Of a stretch of 39,125 bases of DNA, positions 1 to 6,411 are shown piece after piece. Every line of letters begins with the position of its first letter. The first letter of the stretch is position 1. The DNA is from a virus. A model generated the notes under the pieces. The model did no database searches and had not been told where the DNA came from. It saw only the letters and a list, made by a program, of their open reading frames with translations. Location of the stretch: IMG/VR virus record IMGVR_UViG_3300031566_000156; one strand, written 5' to 3'. The translations under genes were made by a program, and so were the position numbers.

Positions 1-127
1 TATTTTTATTGGTTATTTATTTCATCTATTAAGAGGGCTAATTGCTCTCTAATGTCTTGTAATTTTATTCCCGGTTCACCTGATAATTTAAATAATTCAG
101 CTAATAAGTCGGTAACTATATCAGCAT
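1..127. repeat. Terminal direct repeat, copy 1 (identical to 38999-39125)
   Basis: Compared base by base: 127/127 identical to the last 127 nt of the window. This is the signature of a circular contig written with a k-mer overlap. Confidence 0.95.
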
Positions 128-182
128 TACCGTTCAAACATATATATTTTATTTCAATTCTTAATTCTTCCAGTAACTTCAT
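6..182 (-). CDS. Hypothetical small protein (58 aa)
   Basis: Hand-translated: ATG at 182, TAA at 6-8, MKLLEELRIEIKYICLNGNADIV...IDEINNQ. Below the 60-aa track cut-off. Across the circular junction it ends 13 nt upstream of the start at 38993, and it lies downstream of a -7 box plus operator. Confidence 0.45.
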   Translation of the reverse strand: MKLLEELRIEIKYICLNGNADIVTDLLAELFKLSGEPGIKLQDIREQLALLIDEINNQ

Positions 183-200
183 AATATCGCTTTTGTCTTA

Positions 201-244
201 CAAATATAACTATTAATAAATTGAATAAACATGATAAAAGTCAT
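201..244 (-). promoter_or_regulatory. Early promoter (-7 box TATATTTG, 201-208) with operator-like palindrome ATGACTTTTATCAT (231-244)
   Basis: The minus strand reads CCATGACTTTTATCATGTTTATTCAATTTATTAATAGTTATATTTG. TAnnTTTG is the Bacteroidota -7 consensus, and the palindrome belongs to the ATGAY-N4-RTCAT family (5 copies). Confidence 0.55.
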
Positions 245-269
245 GGTTATAATAATATTTCTGCAAATG

Positions 270-521
270 TTATTTAGCTAATTCTTTTGCTTTATCGTAT
301 ACTAGCCATGTTCTTGTTCTTACTGTGTATATAAACTCTTCATGTTCATTTTCTGAATACATGTATGCTGCAGCATCGAATAATCCTTGTTCTACAACAC
401 ATACTAAGTTCTCTTTAAATCTTTCATCTGTAATTACTGCGCCATCATTAATTAATGCTTGTACTTTACCAAGGTTTGGCAAAATTTCACCTTTACTATT
501 TTTATTAATATAAAGTCCCAT
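270..521 (-). CDS. Hypothetical protein (83 aa)
   Basis: ORF track; co-oriented with neighbours; no motif recognised. Confidence 0.6.
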   Translation of the reverse strand: MGLYINKNSKGEILPNLGKVQALINDGAVITDERFKENLVCVVEQGLFDAAAYMYSENEHEEFIYTVRTRTWLVYDKAKELAK

Positions 522-565
522 AATTGTAATTTATTTAGTTAATTTTTAATTATATTGCATTATAC

Positions 566-648
566 AAAGCGGCTGCATGGCACAATTTCAAAGCCCGATT
601 GTTTTTTACTGGAAACGATATAAACCGTTTTGTTTCTTATGCCGCTTT
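566..648 (-). promoter_or_regulatory. GC-rich structured leader: 8-bp stem AAAGCGGC/GCCGCTTT enclosing about 67 nt, upstream of 270-521
   Basis: Perfect inverted repeat 566-573 / 641-648 forming a GC-rich island in AT-rich DNA. Confidence 0.35.
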
Positions 649-654
649 GGGTTT

Positions 655-813
655 TTAAATCTCAATCCTTTTGCCATTAACCATAAGCTTATTGTCAATT
701 ATGGTTAACTTAGCATTGAATTTTAATAATAGGTCTTTAAGTTCAATTTCAAAACTTAATAAATCCATCCTTTTTGCTATCATTCTGCTCTTTTGTACTT
801 GTTTTCTTGTCAT
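655..813 (-). CDS. Hypothetical small protein (52 aa)
   Basis: Hand-translated: ATG 813, TAA 655-657, MTRKQVQKSRMIAKRMDLLSFEIELKDLLLKF.... An alternative 52-aa ORF (746-904) overlaps it in another frame, so the call is uncertain. Confidence 0.3.
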   Translation of the reverse strand: MTRKQVQKSRMIAKRMDLLSFEIELKDLLLKFNAKLTIIDNKLMVNGKRIEI

Positions 814-1024
814 TGTGCTCCTCCCTTTGAATTTGTTTTTTTACTCTGCGTTTATTCCTTTTAGATAAATTAAAGGAACTTAAAATAATTTCAAATCTTG
901 ACATCCTATTTAATTTAAGTTAAAAAAATAGTAACTATTAAAAAAAATATACCTGATATAATGCTTAATAATAATAAAAATTCTAATATTGATTTTAGTG
1001 CTTTCATAATTATAATTTATTTAG

Positions 1025-1132
1025 TTATTTTTTATTTTGTTTCGAAACTTTTTTGTTTAGTGCTTTTGCCTGTTCATCAATTAGCTTAGTTTCTTTTGCT
1101 AATTGCTGTAAGTTTTTTAGTAGATTTTTCAT
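1025..1132 (-). CDS. Hypothetical small protein (35 aa), translationally coupled
   Basis: The ATG (1130-1132) overlaps the TGA stop (1129-1131) of the upstream gene as ATGA. MKNLLKNLQQLAKETKLIDEQAKALNKKVSKQNKK. Confidence 0.4.
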   Translation of the reverse strand: MKNLLKNLQQLAKETKLIDEQAKALNKKVSKQNKK

Positions 1133-1326
1133 AATTTTTTGTTTTTAGTTTCATAACTGAAGCCCATCGGCTGATAAACCTCGGCAAACTTTGTTACTGC
1201 AGTTGAAAAATTAGCCCAGGCACTTATCACTTTTGGGCTTAGTTCTTTAAGTTCTTTATTTGTGGTACTTACATTGGCTTTAATTGCTGCCATTTCTGAA
1301 TGATTCATTAATTTTGGTGTTTTCAT
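1129..1326 (-). CDS. Hypothetical protein (65 aa)
   Basis: ORF track; 8-nt gap to the upstream gene. Confidence 0.6.
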   Translation of the reverse strand: MKTPKLMNHSEMAAIKANVSTTNKELKELSPKVISAWANFSTAVTKFAEVYQPMGFSYETKNKKL

Positions 1327-1337
1327 AGTTGTAAATT

Positions 1338-1796
1338 TTAATGATTGATACTATTTTTTTCAATGAATGATTTTAAAATACTGATTCTTAATTTTAAACC
1401 ATTTAATTCTTCATTCATATCTTTAAATGATTTTACAGTTTCAGAATATGGAAACTGCCCTTTAAAGTCCCCGATCTCGTAATTACTTTTAACTACTCTA
1501 TATAGGTCGAAAGGTATCATTATGGACTTGCCATTTATGAAATTATAAAAGTCCACGGAAATTATAGTTATTCTCTTTTTATGAGAATTTGAAAATGTTA
1601 CATTTTTTATAAATCGGTATTTTATGTCAATCCCGAATAAATGCTCATATAATTTTGCATTTTTTATAACAAGCCGTTTTAACTTGGTTTTTGTGACAAT
1701 ATTAAAATTTTGGAAGGATTGGTTTATGCTACCTTTCAAACTAGCTTTTAAAAAATATTTGTCTATAAACTTATTTGTTAATTTTAAAGTATCCAT
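1338..1796 (-). CDS. Hypothetical protein (152 aa; track ORF runs to 1865)
   Basis: The track's first 23 codons run through the promoter/operator cassette (1820-1865). The in-frame ATG at 1796 (MDTLKLTNKF...) lies downstream of the -7 box. Confidence 0.65.
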   Translation of the reverse strand: MDTLKLTNKFIDKYFLKASLKGSINQSFQNFNIVTKTKLKRLVIKNAKLYEHLFGIDIKYRFIKNVTFSNSHKKRITIISVDFYNFINGKSIMIPFDLYRVVKSNYEIGDFKGQFPYSETVKSFKDMNEELNGLKLRISILKSFIEKNSINH

Positions 1797-1819
1797 AGCT
1801 TTTTTATTTATTAATGTAC

Positions 1820-1899
1820 TGTAAAGATACAGCCTTTCGGAACTGGAAACTATGACATATGTCATGTTTTTGAATTATTATTGTTAATAAGTGTTAAAA
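1820..1899 (-). promoter_or_regulatory. Early promoter-operator cassette, copy 1 (74/80 identical to 32000-32079)
   Basis: Contains a -7-like TATCTTTA (1822-1829), the perfect 14-bp palindrome ATGACATATGTCAT (1852-1865), and TGTTAATAAGTGTTAAAA (1882-1899). Confidence 0.65.
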
Positions 1900-1945
1900 G
1901 TTTTGCTTTTCAAATGGCCAATATTCTTACAATATCCATTGTGCT

Positions 1946-2143
1946 TCATTTGCCAGCACTATTTAGTGTTTCTTCAAGCAATTCGTTATATAGGATGTTG
2001 CATTTATTCCTCTGTTCTTGCCAATCATTAAATAAATTCATAAGGTCGTAATTTTCAGTTTGTAAAATCATACCCATCAACTTGACTTCTAATTCATTTA
2101 GTTTTGATACTTGTGATTTGTGTTGTTCTTCTAATTTTGTCAT
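1946..2143 (-). CDS. Hypothetical protein (65 aa)
   Basis: ORF track; its start lies 16 nt downstream of boundary motif A1. Confidence 0.6.
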   Translation of the reverse strand: MTKLEEQHKSQVSKLNELEVKLMGMILQTENYDLMNLFNDWQEQRNKCNILYNELLEETLNSAGK

Positions 2144-2158
2144 AATATTTAATTATTA

Positions 2159-2179
2159 GTTTGGTATATACAGATGTTA
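2159..2179 (-). repeat. Boundary motif A, copy 1 (minus strand TAACATCTGTATATACCAAAC)
   Basis: Member of a 21-nt family with consensus TAACATCTGTATATACCCAAC. Sits between the stop of 2189-2518 and the ATG at 2143. Confidence 0.7.
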
Positions 2180-2188
2180 GCGTTAATG

Positions 2189-2518
2189 CTAAGTACGCTC
2201 TATTGGTCGCCATTCTACAATATGCGAAATAATACTATCATCTTTTTCGGCAAAATCACAGAATTTACTTCCGTCAATTATACCTTCATAAGTTCTAGCT
2301 ATATAAATATTTCCAAATTTATTTTTTGCTAAAACAAAATCACTTCTTTTCCCATCCCATTCGCCAGTTTCATAAGCCAATGGGCTTTCATCTTCTGTTT
2401 TTATCCATTCATTTGCAAAATTGAATCCTTCCCTAAAATGTGATACATAATCCCCAGAGAAATAATAATCATCATCTCTTTGATATACTTCTTTTTCTGC
2501 TTCTTTTACTGTTTTCAT
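2189..2518 (-). CDS. Hypothetical protein, DUF551-like C-terminus (109 aa)
   Basis: ORF track. The C-terminal ...SHIVEWRPIE resembles the W-x-P ending of DUF551 phage proteins; the similarity is weak and judged from memory. Confidence 0.55.
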   Translation of the reverse strand: MKTVKEAEKEVYQRDDDYYFSGDYVSHFREGFNFANEWIKTEDESPLAYETGEWDGKRSDFVLAKNKFGNIYIARTYEGIIDGSKFCDFAEKDDSIISHIVEWRPIERT

Positions 2519-2530
2519 TTTTTTTAATTA

Positions 2531-2779
2531 TTAGTTGGGTCGTTCTTTACTATTTTCATCCGCAAAATCCTCCATCATTGCAAGTAGCGTATCAATTTTA
2601 TTTAAGTCTGGCTCTTCCTTTTCAATCTCTTCTTTTGCGTTTAAATACAACATGTGCATATAACTTTTATGTCCTTTGAAGCCAAATACAGTACTTATCG
2701 TATGTTGCATTTCAAAAGCTGCCACGCTAATAGTAAAAAACTTACGTAGTGCATCAATTTTATTAAGTATATTATTCAT
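2531..2779 (-). CDS. Hypothetical protein (82 aa)
   Basis: ORF track. Preceded by the 15-nt box ACGGATTTGAAACAC (2794-2808), which also occurs at 26173-26187. Confidence 0.6.
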   Translation of the reverse strand: MNNILNKIDALRKFFTISVAAFEMQHTISTVFGFKGHKSYMHMLYLNAKEEIEKEEPDLNKIDTLLAMMEDFADENSKERPN

Positions 2780-2838
2780 AGTATTTAAGTTTTGTGTTTC
2801 AAATCCGTAAAATTACATGCCATACCAAAACAGTTATA

Positions 2839-3048
2839 TTAAATTGTGAAATCCTTAATAATTATTTCAATATTTAATGCTTTTGCAACTTTTTCTACAC
2901 TCTCAATTGATGCAGTACCTTTAAACACATTGTTAATTGTGCTTAATGATAGGCCTGCAACTTCTGCAAGTTCATATTTCTTTATCCACATGTCAGATAT
3001 TTCTATTTGATGGTTAATTGCTTTTAATAAATGTTCTTTTGTTTTCAT
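2839..3048 (-). CDS. XRE/Cro-like helix-turn-helix DNA-binding protein (69 aa)
   Basis: KYELAEVAGLSLSTINNVFKGTASIESVEKVAKAL has the HTH_3 pattern (helix-turn-helix followed by a short helix). Confidence 0.7.
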   Translation of the reverse strand: MKTKEHLLKAINHQIEISDMWIKKYELAEVAGLSLSTINNVFKGTASIESVEKVAKALNIEIIIKDFTI

Positions 3049-3061
3049 TTTTTAATTGTTA

Positions 3062-3082
3062 GTTGTGTATATACAGATGTTA
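3062..3082 (-). repeat. Boundary motif A, copy 2 (TAACATCTGTATATACACAAC)
   Basis: 20/21 match to the family consensus. Overlaps the 3' bracket arm of the 3090-3416 cassette. Confidence 0.7.
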
Positions 3083-3442
3083 TGCGCAATTAGAGCCACT
3101 TACTAGCAACGCCAATTATTCGAAACGTAAATTTAAGTATTTGTATAAATTCATTAATGTTAGTTATTTCATTCATATTTTCATAAATAGCATTAGCCAT
3201 AATTACCTCTTTCTCCGTTTCAAAAGCTAGGTTACTAATCATTTCAATAGTTGAATGATAATATTTAATCTCTCCTTTATCCCATTTTATTGATATATGA
3301 GGGTAATCATTTTTAAACGTGTCTGCAAAATGGCTTCTTACCATCATTCTCTCATTAAGGTTAAGACCTTTTTCTTCTAATAAATTCCATGCTTTGTCGT
3401 GAGTTTCTTGGTTCATAATTTTAAGAATAAAAGCGCATAACA
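3078..3442 (-). repeat. Inverted-repeat-bracketed gene cassette (arms TGTTATGCGC 3078-3087 / GCGCATAACA 3433-3442)
   Basis: Perfect 10-bp inverted repeat: one arm 2 nt after the stop, the other 17 nt before the ATG at 3416. Confidence 0.75.
3090..3416 (-). CDS. Hypothetical protein (108 aa; track starts at a TTG at 3443)
   Basis: The track start is a TTG inside the bracket arm. The ATG at 3416 (MNQETHDKAWNLLEEKG...) is more plausible. Confidence 0.6.
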   Translation of the reverse strand: MNQETHDKAWNLLEEKGLNLNERMMVRSHFADTFKNDYPHISIKWDKGEIKYYHSTIEMISNLAFETEKEVIMANAIYENMNEITNINEFIQILKFTFRIIGVASKWL

Positions 3443-3445
3443 ACA

Positions 3446-3549
3446 GCTATAAATAATAGCGGTTTTAGTGCCATACGCAAGGTTTGTAATATTAATTTAA
3501 TTCATCTCGTTTTGATAATTTGTGCTATTTATCCGCTACTATTCATAGC
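3446..3549 (-). promoter_or_regulatory. Long-stem RNA hairpin element R1 (17-bp stem, about 70-nt loop), paralog of 28170-28277 and 37940-38044
   Basis: Minus-strand arms GCUAUGAAUAGUAGCGG / CCGCUAUUAUUUAUAGC pair over 17 bp with two G-U pairs. On the plus strand those positions would be A-C mismatches. Confidence 0.55.
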
Positions 3550-3591
3550 CAAACGTTATACATAATCGTAATTTTTTTTAGTTCTTTAATA

Positions 3592-3792
3592 TTATACTGA
3601 ATAATAATCATCTGATTTTAAAAATTGTTTCCAATCATTCTCAGTGTTCATTTCTTCGCTATCAAATTCCTCTTTGCTCATTTCGATAGTTCTATATTTT
3701 GCAAATACTTTACCATTAAAATATTTTCTGATAGTAAAAGTTCTCTTACTTTGATTAGCTGCTACTTTGATTATTTCATTTAAAGTTCTCAT
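3592..3792 (-). CDS. Hypothetical protein (66 aa)
   Basis: ORF track. Confidence 0.6.
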   Translation of the reverse strand: MRTLNEIIKVAANQSKRTFTIRKYFNGKVFAKYRTIEMSKEEFDSEEMNTENDWKQFLKSDDYYSV

Positions 3793-3811
3793 AATTTCTA
3801 AGTTTTAAATT

Positions 3812-3973
3812 TTAAATTAAATTACCGATACACCAAATAATAACTGCTAAACTAATTATTATTACATCAGTAGTTAGCATTACTCTTGTAACGTTCCGTT
3901 TAAAACACAATCTAATTAGGCTTATTATTCCTAAAATGTAAATTGTCCATATTATTAATTCAATTATTCCCAT
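3812..3973 (-). CDS. Hypothetical small membrane protein (53 aa, two hydrophobic helices)
   Basis: Hand-translated: MGIIELIIWTIYILGIISLIRLCFKRNVTRVMLTTDVIIISLAVIIWCIGNLI. The start overlaps the upstream small ORF by 14 nt. Confidence 0.4.
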   Translation of the reverse strand: MGIIELIIWTIYILGIISLIRLCFKRNVTRVMLTTDVIIISLAVIIWCIGNLI

Positions 3974-4094
3974 GGCTATATTTATCTCTATTTTTATTTA
4001 TATTTTTAATTTGAATATCAGCATCTTTTATTAATTCAGTAGTTTTTTCTTGAGCTAATTCAAGTTTTTTAATTATTATTTCTAAGTGTCTCAT
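3960..4094 (-). CDS. Hypothetical small protein (44 aa)
   Basis: Hand-translated: MRHLEIIIKKLELAQEKTTELIKDADIQIKNINKNRDKYSHGNN. Lies downstream of a TATATTTA -7-like box (4123-4130). Confidence 0.35.
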   Translation of the reverse strand: MRHLEIIIKKLELAQEKTTELIKDADIQIKNINKNRDKYSHGNN

Positions 4095-4200
4095 TCGTAT
4101 CTTTTGATTGTTAATTATAGTGTAAATATATACATTATTTCTAACGTTTAAGTCATTATGGCTAGTTGTATTGTGTTAATAAGTGTTAAAAGGTTAGGGG

Positions 4201-4221
4201 GTTGGGTATATACAGATGTTA
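4201..4221 (-). repeat. Boundary motif A, copy 3 (TAACATCTGTATATACCCAAC), followed by TGTTAATAAGTGTTAAAA box (4174-4191)
   Basis: Exact match to the consensus. The TAA inside it is the stop codon of 4219-4461. Confidence 0.7.
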
Positions 4222-4461
4222 CGCACAAGCTTTCTTGAAGCATTGTAGCCATAAATTACACCACATTATTTGTATGTCAATACTTATGTGGTAATCGCTA
4301 TGTCCAGTATTTTTAAATACTCTTAACATTATCCCAAAATCATCCCACTCCCAAATTATGCAAGGTTTACAAAGCCAGTGCATAACACGCAATATAAAAT
4401 ATTTTTGACGTGGTGGTTTTTTGAATAATCTACTATTTTTATACTTTTCTGCTAAATTCAT
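4219..4461 (-). CDS. Hypothetical protein (80 aa)
   Basis: ORF track. Confidence 0.5.
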   Translation of the reverse strand: MNLAEKYKNSRLFKKPPRQKYFILRVMHWLCKPCIIWEWDDFGIMLRVFKNTGHSDYHISIDIQIMWCNLWLQCFKKACA

Positions 4462-4503
4462 AAGTTATACATTTTAATTAAAAACATTTCATATTGCCAT
4501 TCG

Positions 4504-4719
4504 TTATGCCTTATTTGCCAATCCACGCCTATGAAAATCATCCTGTATCAAAAATTCAGTTGTCAATATATCTCCATTGCTTATTTGTATCTGAAATTTA
4601 TTACAGTATTTTAATCTAATTAACTGTATTATTTTACCGCCCTTTCTTCCAAATCTATCAGTCCATTGGGGTACTATTTCACCTAATCTAAATCCGTAAA
4701 GCTTCTTTGTCCGTGTCAT
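4504..4719 (-). CDS. Hypothetical protein (71 aa), first gene after the late terminators
   Basis: ORF track. Lies downstream of the -7-like box at 4749-4756. Confidence 0.55.
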   Translation of the reverse strand: MTRTKKLYGFRLGEIVPQWTDRFGRKGGKIIQLIRLKYCNKFQIQISNGDILTTEFLIQDDFHRRGLANKA

Positions 4720-4748
4720 TATTCAAGTTTTATACCATTATTGTACTG

Positions 4749-4888
4749 TAAAGATATACATTATTTATTAACTCTTTCGCATATAGAATGAATTATTTTA
4801 TATGATATTTATCATGTTTAGAATTAAATATAATGGGTAATTGTATTATTAATTTAATTGGTTGGATTGTAGACATGATGTTTGTCAT
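4749..4888 (-). promoter_or_regulatory. Early promoter region with two operator-like palindromes
   Basis: Contains -7-like TATCTTTA (4749-4756), ATGATATTTATCAT (4802-4815) and ATGATGTTTGTCAT (4875-4888); the two palindromes are 73 bp apart. Confidence 0.6.
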
Positions 4889-4904
4889 GTTTTTGATTAA
4901 TAAT

Positions 4905-4933
4905 ATAAAAAAAACCTGTACTATGAATACAGG
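4905..4933 (-). terminator. Rho-independent terminator at the end of the late region
   Basis: The minus strand reads CCUGUA-UUCAUAG-UACAGG followed by U8 (plus-strand A-run 4907-4914). Confidence 0.8.
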
Positions 4934-4940
4934 CTTGTTA

Positions 4941-4963
4941 TAAAGCGGGAAACCACCCCCGCC
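4941..4963 (-). terminator. Second (upstream) terminator-like hairpin
   Basis: GCGGG-GGUGGUUU-CCCGC followed by UUUAU, 34 nt after the stop at 4997. Confidence 0.55.
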
Positions 4964-4996
4964 AAAATCAACTATGAAAACTATGAAAAATTTAAT

Positions 4997-5488
4997 CTAA
5001 AATATCATTCTTATTATGCTTTTTATGTCTACGATGTTAGATAATGTTCCTAAACCTAACAATATTAAACCAACCATCCATTTATATTTTTTTACTACCC
5101 GGATAAAGTCGGTATCTTCCTCTAACTTAGTTACTCGCCCATTTGTTTTTGTTACCTGAATTAATACTGATTCAAGTTTAGCAACAATTACTTCAAAGCC
5201 GCTATTCATTTGCACAATTACGCTGTCTAATCGCTGGTTAAATGAGTCATGTTCTAGTTCATCTCGTGTCTTTTCTTCCATAATAATTAATTGACTTTTC
5301 AATGATAATAATTCATTTATCAAAGAATTTATTTTTTTTATAATTATTTCTCTTTTTCTTCGTAAAAATGCCCTGTAAAAATACTCAAAAAAACTTAATC
5401 CTAAAAATATTCCTGCTAATATTTCGATTTTGAAAATCCATAAATACTTCCCAATAAAACTGCTATAATAAAAGACATCTGGAACCAT
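4997..5488 (-). CDS. Membrane-anchored coiled-coil protein (163 aa), lysis-associated candidate
   Basis: Hydrophobic N-terminal (ILAGIFLGLSFF) and C-terminal (WMVGLILLGLGTL) segments flank a coiled coil. It is the last late gene and overlaps the upstream gene by 73 nt. Confidence 0.6.
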   Translation of the reverse strand: MVPDVFYYSSFIGKYLWIFKIEILAGIFLGLSFFEYFYRAFLRRKREIIIKKINSLINELLSLKSQLIIMEEKTRDELEHDSFNQRLDSVIVQMNSGFEVIVAKLESVLIQVTKTNGRVTKLEEDTDFIRVVKKYKWMVGLILLGLGTLSNIVDIKSIIRMIF

Positions 5489-5808
5489 GCGCTACCACTA
5501 ATAAATAAAACACTGTTATTAATTTTTGCCATGTAGCAGATATTCTCATAAACCTCAATTAAATTCCAAATAATCAAACCAAATAATATCAACCTCGATG
5601 CAATTTTTTCTTTTTTTGTTAAAATGAATATAAATAAAGATGTTATTAATGTTGATGCACCTATCGCATTTGTTAAATATCCAACAGGTGCATTAAAGTT
5701 GACAACCTCATTAAATGGAACCTCAGCAAATAACATTAAAAAATATTCGCAAAAAACTGTAGTCGAAAATAATGTTAAAGCTATCCAATTAATTCTTAGA
5801 TAATTCAT
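5416..5808 (-). CDS. Multi-pass membrane protein (130 aa), holin-like candidate
   Basis: About four hydrophobic helices, positioned at the end of the late operon. No sequence family recognised. Confidence 0.6.
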   Translation of the reverse strand: MNYLRINWIALTLFSTTVFCEYFLMLFAEVPFNEVVNFNAPVGYLTNAIGASTLITSLFIFILTKKEKIASRLILFGLIIWNLIEVYENICYMAKINNSVLFISGSAWFQMSFIIAVLLGSIYGFSKSKY

Positions 5809-5983
5809 TTTTTAATTCTTTTATCTCATTCTCAAGAATTGCAATTTGTTTAATTAAATAAGTTACTATCTTATTATCTCGAATTTCCTTGCTTTCATTA
5901 ATATCAAATGTTTCACTTAATTCTAATGTTAGCTCTGTTGTTATTTTGGCCACGTTTGGTGGCAATTGCTCTACTCTTGGCAT
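5789..5983 (-). CDS. Hypothetical protein (64 aa)
   Basis: ORF track. Confidence 0.5.
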   Translation of the reverse strand: MPRVEQLPPNVAKITTELTLELSETFDINESKEIRDNKIVTYLIKQIAILENEIKELKNELSKN

Positions 5984-6036
5984 AATTCTATTTATTAATG
6001 ATGTTAGTGTGTAATTTGTTACCTATTGTAATTTAA

Positions 6037-6411
6037 TTATTTTTTTACTATTAAAGGTAGTTCATCTATATTAATATACTTATTTTTTTTCTTTGGCTTC
6101 CAAATTGCACGAATAATAATATTAGTTGCTATTCCAGACAAAGCAGTAAAAGCAAAATCTGAATAAGAAAAGTATCCAGTATTAAAAGTATCATAAAACT
6201 CCTTGCTTGCAGCTCCTGTAATTGCTATTAGTGAGGGTGCAATTGGGTTCATCTCTTTGTATGAATATTGGCCAATCGTATACATCCCACTTGAAAGAAC
6301 TATACCAGCTCCAACATGATAGTATTTATCTTGCTTTATTTGAGCGTTTAAAGTAAAAGAAAATAGAAATAATATAGTTATTAGTTTTTTCATAATTATG
6401 TTATTGTCCAA
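6037..6411 (-). CDS. Secreted/membrane protein with N-terminal signal peptide (124 aa)
   Basis: MKKLITILFLFSFTLNAQ is a typical Bacteroidota-style signal sequence. Confidence 0.6.
   Translation of the reverse strand: MDNNIIMKKLITILFLFSFTLNAQIKQDKYYHVGAGIVLSSGMYTIGQYSYKEMNPIAPSLIAITGAASKEFYDTFNTGYFSYSDFAFTALSGIATNIIIRAIWKPKKKNKYINIDELPLIVKK

Noticed and set aside
746-1007. Additional small minus-strand ORFs: 746-904 (52 aa, very basic) and 918-1007 (29 aa, hydrophobic).
   Set aside because: They are too short and low-complexity to call, and 746-904 overlaps 655-813 in another frame. At most one of the two overlapping frames can be real.
1797-1865. N-terminal extensions of track ORFs: 1338-1865, 3090-3443, 31768-31986 and 32114-32389.
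   Set aside because: The extensions run through promoter/operator cassettes or bracket arms. Two of them start at TTG inside an inverted-repeat arm. In-frame ATGs downstream of the regulatory elements were preferred.
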